Positions 28,151 through 45,100 of a stretch of DNA of 64,000 bases are shown here, in pieces. How positions within the stretch are numbered: position 1 is the stretch's first letter; every line of letters begins with the position of its first letter. The position numbers and the translations under genes are program-made. The stretch spans positions 404,302,001-404,366,000 of the forward strand of contig OZ024740.1 of NCBI GenBank assembly GCA_964016885.1, read 5' to 3'. This stretch comes from Eledone cirrhosa (taxonomy: Eukaryota). The notes beneath the pieces were generated by a model, which made no database searches, was not told where the DNA came from, and saw only the letters and a program-made list of their open reading frames with translations.

Positions 28151-28816
28151 CAAGCATATTATACATTAGGTACACAATAAAATAATTCCTACCAACTGTT
28201 TCCCAGTATATTTAGCAAGATCACCTCCCTAATGGCAGTAGAGTCCTTTTTTTTTGTTGGCTAACTAAAACTGTTGTCTTTGCTAGGTTTCTTCTGAGGC
28301 CTTTCTTTCCTGGTCTTTGCTTCATATTCAAATCACGATGCACTATTGAACAAACTGGGAATGGGAATGTCTATTTAGCAAATTTATAAACCAGTACTCT
28401 ACACTCAGTTGAACCACTGAACAACAGAACTGCTAGTCAGCGCCTGTCCCTTTGGTGCAGCCACCTTAATAATGTGGGACACAGGTTCTCTCTCAGCCCT
28501 ACAGAATCTCTCCCCACTGGCTACAGTGATGCCTGGCCCTTCTGATCCTGCCTGAATTGCTTCTGAACAGCTGTTGGTCGCTGTAGAGCCTATCTTCAGA
28601 AATGGGGATATGCCACTGATGATGATTCCAACTGACAATGTGGGCAATTACAAACTATGGAGTACCTTCTAATTTGCCTCAATCTTGAATACTCACGCAC
28701 ACTTAACGACCTTGAAAACTTAACACCCCAGGGAAGGCTCTGTGCGTAACACTGGTGTAGCAACTCAATAACAATAAGAAGACAAACCAGAAAAACAATA
28801 ACTATGTTCAACTTAC

Positions 28817-29026
28817 TGCCGATATAAGGTATTTATTTCGTTCAGCTTCAATGTCAATAAGACCACCATTGGCTCGCTGTCTTTCAAATATAACAGCCAT
28901 TTCTTCTTGTCTGGAAATGAGTTCAGTGGACAATTGGAAAGAAGAATCTTCTTGGATAGGCTCAGGAGCACTTAGCCAAGAGTCTAAGTCATACAAGATG
29001 ATTTCACGACATACTGGACATACAAC
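28817..29026 (-). CDS. RNF25: RNF25-like exon: end of RING finger and conserved downstream helix
   Basis: ttgtttag|VVCPVCREIILYDLDSWLSAPEP...ERQRANGGLIDIEAERNKYLISA|gtaagt; resembles, from memory, RNF25 CPVCREPLVYDL...APEP...QRQQERGGIIDLEAERNRYFIS; 210 bp, phase 0/0. Confidence 0.88.
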
Positions 29027-29524
29027 CTAAACAAAAACAAACAGAAAAAAGTTTATAATTCATTGTGTCAGGCATCTGAAATTAAATTTACACAAAAGAT
29101 GAACTGGAATTTGGAGAGAAGGTGATCATCATCACCATCACCGTTTTACGTACGTTCTTCAACGCTAGCATGGGAAAAATCTAGTTGATGAATAATTAGT
29201 TGATGAATAATTTGATATTACTTTGTATATTACACAGTAACATAATTAATCATAGTTATAAGTATAGAAATTTCTGCATATTTCAGTAATTGATACATTT
29301 AACCCTTTCATGACCATATTTCTAATAGCATACATCATTTTATGTTTGCTTTCAAGCCTGGCATAGGTTGGACAAGCCTGGCATAGGTTGGACGAGCTGT
29401 GACAGTCTGAGACTAAACAGGTCAGAGCAGCCTCATCTTGCTTATATGTTCCATATTTGGCATGGTTTCTACAGATGGATGTCCTTCCTAACACCAACCA
29501 TCTTACAGGGTGTACTGAGTGCAA

Positions 29525-29668
29525 TTTTCAGAAGATCCCGTTATGGATGAAAGCAGCGATTCTTTGCTTAAACTTTAATATGTTATTTTAATACATATTT
29601 GCTCTATTTGATATATATTTATCCTTATCGAGCCCTCTTTGGATTTTAGTGTTCAAATTTATTATTAT

Positions 29669-29670
<2 letters not shown>
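29525..29670 (+). repeat. pLTR-like fragment with CAGAAGA hammerhead-like motif (family of 10849-11410)
   Basis: tttt-CAGAAGA-tcc cgttat gga t-GAAA-GCAG cgattct TTGC-TT-aaact; downstream matches 11280-11410. Confidence 0.7.
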
Positions 29671-29710
<40 letters not shown>

Positions 29711-29962
29711 ATATATATGTGTGTAGACATATAATTGAATATAAAAGAGAGATAAAAACAGATATAAACATATAATCCTAAGGGATATAGTCAGCTCCTT
29801 CAATTTTGTTGAGCTAATTTAAATGTTGTGTAAACTTGGCTGTTGTTTTTAGTAGTGTACGTTTATACGACACGCTAGGTTCTGATGCCATGTCCGTTAT
29901 TTTATATACACATATTATTCAGTTTTCTGAGATACTTAGAAGTGAAGGGTTTACTAATTTTT

Positions 29963-30038
29963 ACACCCACTGATGAGCAAAGAATTGATAATTCCCTTCG
30001 CTAAAATTGGAAAACAGCCAACCAATCAGTCTGGGTGT
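29963..30038 (+). ncRNA. Hammerhead with weakened stem III in a solo pLTR (29705-30230), family of 1126-1203
   Basis: acaccca-CTGATGA-gcaa...ttg-GAAA-acag...cag-TC-tgggtgt; short terminal inversion 29724-29773 vs 30170-30215. Confidence 0.6.
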
Positions 30039-30282
30039 TAGGCAGTTGCCGAATATTGGTTTGTATTTCTTTTCTTGATTTATTGTTTTAAATTGAGTCT
30101 GGCAAGCCATATTGTTAATAGTTAGTATTTTTTCACCCTAGCGAATATGGTCCCTTACGATTTGAACACATATATGTTTATATCTGTGTTTCTCTCTCTT
30201 TTATATTCAATTATATTACACGGCTCAGAAAAACCCCTTTCTTTGAGCTATTTAATTGTAAGATATATATATATATATATAT

Positions 30283-33200
30283 ATTATGTTTCTGAATTTG
30301 TTTAACAAGATTCTTTATCTGAAATCGTGTGTTGAAACCGATATTGTTATACTTTGGGAGGGTCATGTTGCCAATAAGAAACACACACACCAGTTGCTTT
30401 CACTTCAATTTATTATAATAAATTTATAAATTTAGGAATTTATAAATTTCTTGTTGGTTGGTTGGTTGGTTCCACAACCAGATAGTTGTTTATATATAGT
30501 CATAGTTCTTTCGTCACACATTCTGTGACCTCTTCAGTGACTGGGGATTCTTTTCTTTGTTTTTGTGCCTCTCCTTTGTTCTGTCCTACGCCATTTTGTT
30601 TCTGTGTGTGTGTTGTGTGCTCAGTCTGCGCATGCGCCACATCCGTGTGTCTGTGTGTGTTTATATTCGTTTATTTATTTGTTTATTTACATGTTACCGG
30701 TTGGTTGTTGTTCTATCTGTGTGTGTGTTTTCATTTTGTCCTTAATTGTAAGTTGTGATGTTGCTGTTCCACTCATATTTTCTATTTAATTTTGGTTATA
30801 ATTCTTTTATGTTTATTGCCTCTGTGATTTGTCTAAACATTGCGTCTTTTCTGTGTGTAGATTCTATTTTTATTTCTATGTTCTCTAATTTACCCTTATG
30901 TTCTATTTTAGCATGTTGGTAGAGTACAGATGATTCTTTACTATCTTGAAGGTCTCGCCAGTGTTCATTTATCCATTCCCCTACACTACGAGCTGTCTCA
31001 CCTATGTACACTATATTTTTGTCTCTACATTGTCCTTCAGTACATCTTATGCTATACACTACATTTCTAGTTTTACAGTTAATATGGGGGCTTATTTTAC
31101 AGGTTATACATTTCTTATCTATACAGGCTAACAAGATACTGAAAACCACCATGTTCTGTTGTCTACGAAAAACCATAACATCTCGACAACTACACTTCAT
31201 AAAAGAATGTGCCTCGTCCCGAGTTTACACCAACACCATCAACACCGACGTAAGAAGATTACAACTCACCAAAAAGCAAGCAGATAGGCTAAAACGAACA
31301 CTAATTCTAAACATAAAAAAGAAGATCTATAGAGAATTAAGTCATCAAGAAAAACATAAGCGTAACCTAATACAAGAAATAACTAGGATCACCACACCAA
31401 GAGAGAAACTAATATTTATAAGCCTTATACGTCCTGAAGAACAGTACATTGCTCAAGAATGTGATAAGCACTTTAACAAAAAACTAAAGTGGCTTAAGCA
31501 GATAAAACTAAATCAGGATACTGTAGAGAATACCAATAGATATCCCGACAAAATTGACGGTATAAATATGGCCGACACCTCATTAACAGATGAGCTCAAC
31601 AACAACAACAACACAAATATATACGGCAACACGGCAATAGACCCTGATGAATTATCTGTATTACTTCTACCACCGAAATTTGCGACATTCAAGAAGGTAA
31701 ATATGATTAGTTGTCTGTCAGAAATAGAAAAATCATTTACAAAATTACGTTGGAGCCTCAAAAACAAAAACAAAAACAAAAGTAACAACATACGCACACA
31801 CATATACAACACACATCCCAACAACAACAGACACACAGACACAAACAATAATAACAACACACACACCAACAATAATAACATACTCAGAAACAACAACAGA
31901 CACGCAGACACAAACAACAATAACAACACACACAACAATAATAACACACACGGAGACAACAACACACAACAACAGCACACATCAACAACAACAACACACA
32001 CACATTCAATGCCTCTCACCACCACCACAATCTTAAACACACAGACACAGAAAACAAGTAATGACAGTAGCACAGAAATCACAGAAATAAGGGAAAGTAA
32101 CAGGATTAAATGGAGAAGGGAGACTAAGGACAAAGAAAATAACCAAGACGAACACACAGACACACAAAATAGGGTAGATAACAACAATGAGCCAGTGGAA
32201 AGAGACAGGAGCAATTATGAGAGACATAGAAACAACCATGAGGCTGTTGGTGGAAATAGAAATAACACAACTAACAATAACAATAACACTAGTACACATA
32301 AAGCAGCAGCCTGGAACTCTAGTTTTTATAATCCCTCCGATAAATCGTTCGACCTGCGACGAGTCCACGCCACGACTTTACCATTTAACAAACGCACGCA
32401 ATTGCCGTCGCAGGTCGATGAACAAACAGAAGCACAATTTAGTATAGCTAGATCCGAACTTAGAAATATTATAGAACAGTATAGCAAGAAGCATAATAGA
32501 ATGGAGGCCCAGCAACTGGGAGAAAAATCTGCAAATGGCTTGCGTAAACTCATGCAGCGCTCGCGTAATGGAGAGATAGCATGCTTTCCAACAGACAAGT
32601 CTGGCAGAATGTCGGTTGACAGCCTGCCAAACTACATCCAGGCAATGCAACCCCACATCACCAACACAAGCATGAGGATAGAGAAAAAGCTCTCAATGCC
32701 CATATGGTGATGTGTACGAATATAATGCAGCCCAACAAAAGGACTGCCAACAACTTCCAGGCCTGGAACAATGACGTGCCGGCGTTGTATGGGCTTCGAA
32801 AAGACCATAAAACGGGCAGTGACCCTGTCGCGGGACCACCAACACGGCCAGTCTGTGGAGCTAACATTGCTAGTAACTACAGACTGTCCTACTTCCTCTC
32901 CCTGATCATACACCCCATCATCGAAATGTCCCCAGATGTATGTGACAGCACGGAGGACATCCTCAGCAGAATCGGCGCGAGTAACCGATCTAGGGACCTA
33001 ACAAACTGCATAATAGGTAGTATGGATGTTGTGTCCCTGTATCCATCTATTGACGTGGATTTTGCTGTGGAGAAATGCGTAGAAATGATCAGTGAGAGCA
33101 ATGTTGAGTTCCGTGGGATTGATACCAGTGAGCTGGGACTCCTACTTAAACTTACCTATAGTAATAATTACCTAGACACATATGACCTTAGCAACCTGTG

Positions 33201-35135
33201 CCCTACAAGACCAGCAAGAGGCAGACCACCTACCATTACCTCAATGGCCAAGAAAACCCACACAGATAGATGGAACGGGTGGACCAGAGCCATACGGACA
33301 CCCGAAAACCACGATGAACTGAAGAAAATGATTGCACATGCGGTAGGGGCCAGCATAAAACTAACCCTTAAGGAACATATGTTCAAATTTAATGGAAAAA
33401 CATATGCCCAAGAGGAAGGAGCAGCCATTGGTGTTAGCATTGCAGGCGACATAGCTAACTTATTCATGGTATGGTGGGATAGTAGACTTAAACTTAAGCT
33501 TAAAGAACAATTAGAAGACCCCTTAACCCTGATAATGTACTCCCGCTACGTTGATGATATAAACATCGTAGTTAAGACACCCCCACTAGAGAACAGTCAG
33601 GAACTAGAGAAAAACACAATGGAAAGCATCCAGCAAATAGCTAACTCCATCCACCAGAGCATTAGAGTTACTATAGACTACCCAAGTAAACACCCCAACC
33701 ATCGATTACCTGTACTAGACACAGAGCTCTGGTTAGATACCATTAATAACAAAAAACAAATCCTCCATTCCCATTATGCCAAACCCATGACTTCCAAACA
33801 TCTGATGCACCGAAACTCGGCCGTTTCGGACCATACCAAAATCAACATACTGATTGCGGATTTGGTACGGGTGATGAGAAACGTGTCCCGCATGTGCAAC
33901 CCTGAAGAACTAGAGAGACACATACAACACTTCATCCACCGTATGCAGTTCTCTGGCTACAATCAGAGAGATAAAATCAGAGTGTATAGAGGAGCCAGAA
34001 CCAAATGGGGAAAAAATGGTAAATAATGACATAAATGGGACCTGCCCCTTGTATAGGAGCAAATTTTGGAATAGAATAGAAAGAACTAGGAACAAGGCTA
34101 ATAGAATAAACTCATGGTATGATAGCAATAAATACCAGAGTGTAATGTTCATCGAGACAACCCCTAGAGGTGAATTAGCTTACAAATTTAGAAGGGCCCT
34201 AAATAAACATAAACTCAATATTAAGATAGTAGAAAGACCAGGTACCTCCGTAAAAACACTTATTAGCAAGACATACCCTTTTCAAAGACCCTCATGTATA
34301 GATAAGAAATGTATAACCTGTAAAATAAGCCCCCATATTAACTGTAAAACTAGAAATGTAGTGTATAGCATAAGATGTACTGAAGGACAATGTAGAGACA
34401 AAAATATAGTGTACATAGGTGAGACAGCTGGTAATGTAGGGGAACGGATAAATGAACACTGGCGAGACCTTCAAGATAGTAAAGAATCATCTGTACTCTA
34501 CCAACATGCTAAAATAGAACACAAGGGTAAATTAGAGAACATAGAAATAAAAATAGAATCTACACACAGAAAAGATGCAATGTTTAGACAAATCACAGAG
34601 GCAATAAACATAAAAGAATTACAACCAAAATTAAATAGAAAATATGAGTGGAACAGCAACATCACAACTTACAATTAAGGACAAAATGAAAACACACACA
34701 CACATAGAACAAACAACCAACCAGTAACATGTAAATAAACAAATAAATAAATGAACATAAACACACACAGACACCCGGATGTGGCGCATGCGCAGACTGA
34801 GCACACAACACACACACAGAAACAAAATGGCGTAGGACAGAACAAAGGAGAGGCACAGAAACAAAGAAAGGAATCCCCAGTCACTGAAGAGGTCACAGAG
34901 TGTGTGACAAAAGAACTATGACTATATATAAACAACTATCTGGTTGTGGAACCAACCAACCAACCAGAAAATTATAAATTTATAAATTTATTATAAATTT
35001 ATTATAATAAATTGAAGTGAAAGCAACTGGTGCGTGTGTTTCTTATTGGCAACATAACCCTACCAAAGTATAACAATATCGGTTTCAACACACGATTTCA
35101 GATAAAGAATCTTGCTAAACAAATTCAGAAACGAA
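30283..35135 (+). mobile_element. Penelope-like element (RT, Zn-finger linker, GIY-YIG) with an 840-bp inverted 5' copy of its 3' end
   Basis: ORF pieces 31126-32710, 32704-34026 (PPTRPVCGA, GSMDVVSLYPSI, YSRYVDD) and 34016-34678 (CIDKKCITC...VVYSIRC...YIGET); 30283-31125 is the reverse complement of about 34294-35133; two frameshifts. Confidence 0.92.
30498..30542 (-). ncRNA. Minimal hammerhead in the inverted pLTR; its + strand partner at 34879-34923 has G12A
   Basis: Reverse strand reads agtca-CTGAAGA-g gtcaca gaatg tgtgac-GAAA-G AA C-TA-tgact. Confidence 0.72.
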
Positions 35136-35205
35136 ATATATATATATATACAGAAATATATATATATATACATATATATACAGACATATATATATATATA
35201 TACAG

Positions 35206-35249
<44 letters not shown>

Positions 35250-35671
35250 TCTTCATCATCATCATTTTACGTCCGCTTTTCCCTGCTTGCAAGGGTGGGA
35301 CGGGTCTTATTCAGCACAGCATCTCTCCACTCGCCACGGTCCCTCGTCAATATATATATATATATACACAGACATATATATGTATTTATATATATATATA
35401 TATATACATACAGACATATATATATATATATATATATATAACACGGTAAAAACCTCCCAGCCCCACACTGTAAATGTGGTTGGTGTTAGGAAGGGCATCC
35501 AACTGTAGAAAACCTGCCAGACAGTCCTATGCGAGCAAGACAATCACTCTTGCCTCAAGTGGGTAAACCCCGTCCAAACCCATGCAAGCGTGGAACACGG
35601 ACGTTAAACGTTGATGATGATATACAGACATATATATATATACATATATATACAGACATATATATATATAC

Positions 35672-35706
<35 letters not shown>

Positions 35707-35732
35707 CATACAGACACACATATATATATATA

Positions 35733-36030
35733 TAGAATAAGGAGCAGGTATTGCAATAGCCAGGGATTCAAGGGCCCTCAACTCTTCAACAGGCTGCCTA
35801 GGGATCTGTGAGATTTGCATGACGTGGAGGTGGATGTCTTCAAGAAACATCTCGACACCCGGATGAGTCCACAGCAAGACACGAGGGAAACCTAAGGGCA
35901 GCAGCAACAAATTCCCTCTTACACCAGTGGCCAACCTATACAGGATGGACATAAAATGTGTAGCAACAAGGGCGATGCCCCAGCATGGCCTCAGCCAGAT
36001 GGCTAAAATAGGTAAAAGAGTAAAAGAGAA
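35733..36030 (+). mobile_element. CR1-like LINE 3' fragment
   Basis: [23 protein letters not shown]; same 3' tail as 10254-10582. Confidence 0.75.
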
Positions 36031-36195
36031 TATATATACAGATACATATATATAGACATATATATATATACATATATATAGACATATATATATATACATA
36101 TATATACATATATATATACATATATATATACATATATATATACATATATATAGACATATATATAGACATATATATAGACATATATATAGACATAC

Positions 36196-36238
<43 letters not shown>

Positions 36239-36263
36239 CATATATATATACATATATATAGAC

Positions 36264-36294
<31 letters not shown>

Positions 36295-36327
36295 CAGACA
36301 TATATATATATATATATATATACAGAC

Positions 36328-36365
<38 letters not shown>

Positions 36366-36369
36366 AGAC

Positions 36370-36420
<51 letters not shown>

Positions 36421-36421
36421 C

Positions 36422-36468
<47 letters not shown>

Positions 36469-36558
36469 TATATAGGAGGTGAGTTTTATTGTAGTACAAT
36501 AAAGCAATGCAGATATCGGATAAGAAGCACTCTACAGTTTGTAGGACTGGAGTATACA

Positions 36559-36892
36559 TAATATAAGATCAAAAGATGGTTAAAGGAGTTCCATGTATTT
36601 TATTATGCACATTTCAAAAACAAACATCATCATGCAATAATATTTGTGTTTTCATCAGATAAAACAGGAGAACATGATATGAAGGCTAAAATACACTTGT
36701 GGATAGTGCAGTTTTAAATCAACATACGTTGATTTAAAACTGCACTATCCACAAGTGTTTTTTAGCCTTCATATCATGTTCTCCTGTTTTATCTGATGAA
36801 AACACAAATATTATTGCATGATGATGTTTGTTTTTGAAATGCGCATAATAAAATACATGGAACTCCTTTAACCACCTTTTGATCTTATATTA
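36559..36892. repeat. Near-perfect 334-bp palindrome carrying two opposed hammerheads
   Basis: 165-bp arms, 4-nt loop atac (36724-36727), about 3 mismatches; HHR ttttat-CTGATGA-...-GAAA-T GCGC A-TA-ataaaa at 36787-36853 (+), mirrored at 36598-36664 (-). Confidence 0.9.
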
Positions 36893-37351
36893 TATATATA
36901 TATATATACATATATATACATATATATATATATACATATATATATATACATATACATATATATATACATATACATATATATATACATATATATATATACA
37001 TATATATACATATATATATACATATATATATATATACATATACATATACATATATATATACATATATATATATATATACATATATATATACATATACATA
37101 TATATATACATATACATATATATATACATATATATATATACATATATGTACATATATATATACATATATATATATATACATATACATATATATATATACA
37201 TATATATATACATATATATATATATACATATATATATACATATATATATATACATATATATATACATATATATATATACATATATATACATATATATACA
37301 TATATATATACATATATATATATATACATATATATATACATATATATATAC

Positions 37352-37398
<47 letters not shown>

Positions 37399-37431
37399 CA
37401 TACATATATATATACATACATATATATATAC

Positions 37432-37462
<31 letters not shown>

Positions 37463-37463
37463 C

Positions 37464-37494
<31 letters not shown>

Positions 37495-37569
37495 CATACA
37501 TATATATATATACACATACATATATATATAAATATATATATATATACATATATACATATATATATATAC

Positions 37570-37632
<63 letters not shown>

Positions 37633-37683
37633 CATATATATATACATATATATACATATACATATATATATACATATATATAC

Positions 37684-37714
<31 letters not shown>

Positions 37715-37807
37715 CATACATATATATATATATATATATACATACATATATATATACATATATACATATACATATATATATATACATATACATATATATA
37801 TATACAT

Positions 37808-38447
37808 ATGGTGGCTGCCAACTCGTTTTCGAGTACGGCCACTACTTTATATCCATATAGGAGAACCCCTACCGATGCGCTGAACGAGTGACTTTTTAGT
37901 CCAGCCAGCGACTTGAAAACTCTGGTACAAACACTACACTTGTGACAAATATTGACACATAGTGCTGGGCCCATGGTACCCTGTAACGACAAGTGCAGAG
38001 AGATCTCCAGATATAAAGCAATGCCTGTGCCGTGAAGCTTTTATAGTGAGCAAAGGCACTGCACAAAGCCAGTCCCACTCTCTTAACCAAGATGATATTT
38101 ACCAAAAAGAAGAACAAGTCAACATCATTGGATACCATCAGGGTTGCAGGTGTTATATCAGAGTTTTCCATCTCCTAGAATTCTGCCTTGACAAAGGCTA
38201 AGGGGTCATCTCTCCCGGTGATTTTGGATGGCCATTGACTCTTAAGAGCTCCTTTGCCCTTTGACAGGTTTTGTTTTTAGTCCTGCAGGATGTCCAAAGT
38301 CACCCTCCTCACCAAGAAACCTTGGTGGGGTTGCCAGTTTAGTCGCCAACGACCCGACCATGGGTCAGGTTGTACTGGGATACATGTTTCCTCCCACTAC
38401 CGGCTGGTCAAACTGTCAGTTGGACATTGCTGGCTTTAGTCTATCTG

Positions 38448-38448
<1 letters not shown>
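37808..38448 (-). mobile_element. Short RTE-derived non-autonomous element; second copy at 39140-39685
   Basis: RTE 5'-type motif ctaggagatggaaaactctga joined to a C-terminal zinc finger [17 protein letters not shown]; two copies separated by (TA)n. Confidence 0.65.
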
Positions 38449-38489
<41 letters not shown>

Positions 38490-38747
38490 ATATATATATA
38501 TATACAGATATACATACATATGTGTGTGTATATATATATATATACAGAGCACTATTTGAAATTTTTATCTCTGATATATACATATACATATATATATACA
38601 TACATATATATATATACATATATACATATACATATATATATATACATATACATATATATATACATATACATATATATATACATATACATATATATATATA
38701 TATACATATATATATACATATATATATACATATATATATACATATAC

Positions 38748-38778
<31 letters not shown>

Positions 38779-38933
38779 CATATATATATATATATATAAA
38801 TATACATATATATATAAATATACATATATATATAAATATACATATATATATATATACATATATACATATATAAATACATATATATATATATATATATATA
38901 CATATATATATACATATATATATATACATATAC

Positions 38934-38968
<35 letters not shown>

Positions 38969-38995
38969 CATATATATACATATATATACATATAC

Positions 38996-39090
<95 letters not shown>

Positions 39091-39092
39091 CC

Positions 39093-39124
<32 letters not shown>

Positions 39125-39685
39125 CATATATATATATATATGGTGGCTGCCAACTCGTTTTCGAGTACGCCCACTACTTTATATCCATGTAGGAGAACCC
39201 CTACCGATGCGCTGAATGAGTGTGGCTTTTTAGTCCAGCCAGCGACTTGAAAACTCTGGTACAAACACTACACTTGTGACAATTATTGACACATAGTGCT
39301 GAGCCATGTGACGACAAGTGCAGAGAGATCTCCATATATAAAGCAATGCCTGTGCCATGAAGCTTTTATAGTGAGCAAAGGCACTGCACAAAGCCAGTCC
39401 CACTCTCTTAACCAAGATGATAGTTACCAAAAAGAAGAACAAGTCAACATCATTGGATACCATCAGGGTTGCAGGTGTTATATCAGAATTTTCCTTCTCC
39501 TAGAATTCTGCCTTGACAAAGGCTAAGGGGTCATCTCTCCCGGTGATTTTGGATGGCGATTGACTCTTAAGAGCTCCTTTGCCCTTTGACAGGTTTTGTT
39601 TTTAGTCCTGCAGGATGTCCAAAGTCACCCTCCTCACCAAGAAACCTTGGTGGGGTTGCCAGTTTAGTCGCCAACGACCCGACCA

Positions 39686-42197
<2,512 letters not shown>

Positions 42198-42198
42198 A

Positions 42199-45100
42199 AC
42201 ATCATCATCATCATCATCATCATCAGGTTTAGCGTCCGTGTTCCACGCTTGCATGGGTTTGGACGGGGGTTTTCCCACTTGAGGCAAGAGTGGTTGTCTT
42301 GCTCGCATAGGACTGTCTGGCGGGTTTTCTACAGTTGGATGCCCTTCCTAACACCAACCACATTTACAGTGTGGGGCTGGGAGGTTTTTACCGTGTTGCC
42401 TACACGGCCACATTACAGCGTGGACTGTCTGGCGGGTTTTCTACAGCTGGATGCCCTTCCTAACACCAACCACATTTACAGTGTGGGGCTGGGAGGTTTT
42501 TACCGTGTTGCCTACACGGCCACATTTACAGCGTGGACTGTGTGTTTTTTGTCGTGACACCTACACGATCTCATTTGTTTCGGCCTGGATGTTGTGGGAC
42601 CAACATAACTTTACATTGAAAGGGGCAGTGTGGGTGGGGTGGAGGTGGTGGGACGGGGGTGTGTTTTGATCGAGATGCCTACTGACTGTAGTAGGTTTTT
42701 ACTTTGTATTTAGGTAAGGCGGGTCTTCTCTATTACTGAGTACCGCCAAAGGTCTCGGTCCAGTGACATTGTCTTGGAGAGGTGTAAGCGTGTGAGGTAG
42801 GAATTTATCAGCTCGTCCCACATTTTTCTGGGTCTGCCTACTCCGTGGCTACCGTCTATCTTTATTGACCTGCACTTTGTTATACAGCTGTCGTCTTTCA
42901 TGCGCATCACATGACCGTACCAACGTAGCCTTCTCTCGAGTAAACAACATCTGATCCCTCTTATTTCTAATTTTTTCCTTAGTTCGTTTATGCTTTGCCA
43001 TTCACGTATATTACTATTGCACATCCAGCGGAGCATGCAAGCTTCGTTCCTCTCTAGTCTGCGTATATCCTCTGCACACAATGCCCAGGTCTCACTGCCA
43101 TGCAGCATTGCTGTTCGTATGCAGGCATCGTATAACCTGCCTTTCATTTTTAGGGAGAACCCTCTAGCGGCTAATAGTGGTATAAGCTCTCTGAACTTTT
43201 TCCATCCAGTTCTGACTCTAGCTACTGTACTTTCAGAGCACCCTCCCCCACTGCTGATTTTGTCACCCAGATAACGGAAGCTGTCCACTATTTCTATAGA
43301 ACCCTCTGCGCAGTTGAAGGAGCTAGTATTTTGTGGGCACTTGCTGCTACTTATTGCACCAGAGCACCGGCCACATGTAAAATCTATGTTCTTAGTTAGC
43401 TTACCTGTGATCCCACTACATCTTTTATGCACCCATACTTTGCATTTGGGACATAAAATGGAGTTTCTACCTACGCCTTTCCTACACACTGAGCATGGCC
43501 ATTTCCCAGATGGGACCGCCGCCTTATTTTCTTTCCTACAAACTAGAACTTTAGTCTTAGCCAGGTTAATTTTAAGGCCTTTTGATTCTAGGCCGTGCTT
43601 CCATGTTTGGAATTTCTTCTCTAGTTCGGTCATTGATTCAGCTATGAGCGTTAGATCATCTGCGTATAGGAGTTCCCATGGGCAGCCGGTCTTGAACTCC
43701 TCTGTTATAGCCTGAAGGGCAATAATAAATAGTAGGGGGCTAAGAACAGAGCCCTGATGGACACCAACTTTTACGCTAAACTCTTCACTATATTCGTTGT
43801 TAATTCTAACCTTGCTGACTGTTTCTTTATACATGGCTTGTATAGCTCTCACAAGCCATTCGTCGACACCTAGTTTTCTAAGAGACCACCAGATAATGGA
43901 ACGGGGGACTCTGTCGAAGGCTTTCTCCAAGTCGACGAAAGCTAAGTATAGGGGTTTACTTTTAGCTAGGTACTTCTCCTGTAGTTGTCGTACAATGAAA
44001 AGAGCGTCTGTGGTACTTTTGCCTGACACAAACCCGAACTGCGTTTCATCTAGATCAATTCTCTCTCTGATTAGTTGCGCTATTACTTTTTCCGTGACCT
44101 TCATGGCCTGGTCGATTAATTTAATGCCTCTATAGTTACTCCTATCTAGGGCATCTCCTTTTCCCTTATAGCAGTTAACGATGATGCTGCTACGCCAGTC
44201 CTTCGGAACAACCCGATTCTGTACGACTTGGTTAACTATCCGGGTGACCATGGTGTGTCCCACCGAACCAGATCCTTTCAGCATCTCAGCAACTATTTCC
44301 GAAGGCCCAGCCGCCTTACCCGTCTTCATATCTTTGATTGCCTAACTTATTATACTACCATCAACTAACACTGCTGGTCCCTCTATTGGATCGATCTGGG
44401 AGAGACTGTCTTTCTCCCATTTGTTCTCCTCATTTAGAAGCCTTTCGTAGTGACACTTCCAAGCTACCTTCTTATCAGCGTCGGTGATGGCAAGTATGCC
44501 ATCATCGTTAAGTACACACTTCTCCCCGACAATATCACGGTTTTCCTTGACACATTGCCTGGCAATCCTGAACACCTCACGTTTTTGGTCCTCACGTTGT
44601 AGAACATGCTTGAACTTTCTTTCCTCTGCTTCCCTTCTTGCGAAGTACACTTGTCTCCTAGCTTCCCTCCTGGCCACTTGATAGTCTTCTCTACTTCCCC
44701 CATCCCGCCATACTTTCCAAGCCTGCTTTTTGGCCTTAATTGACTCCTCCACCTTACTGTTCCACCACCATGTTACTCTCCTCCTACCTACAGGCCTGCT
44801 CCAGCCACAGACTTCGTCTGCCGCCGTCAGCAGGTTTGCTCTCAGGAATTCCCACTGTTCCTCTATATTATACGACTCTAATTGCTCTTCCTTACTGTCG
44901 AAAGTGTCAAGTAATATGCTTTGAAATTTATTTCTGGCTATGGGGTCCTTTAGCTTCCATATTTTTCTCCTGAGGATAGTCCTCTTCCGCTGTCTAGTAC
45001 GTCTCGTCCTGACTATGAGGTCGCTAATTATCAGTCTATGTTGGGAGGTGAATTCTTCATGGGGGTGGGATTTAGTGTTAACAACAGACACTCTGTCACG

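Noticed and set aside
26909-28790. Short ORFs within the RNF25 intron as extra exons
   Set aside because: They look like decayed LINE remnants with stops; no convincing splice sites or conserved motifs
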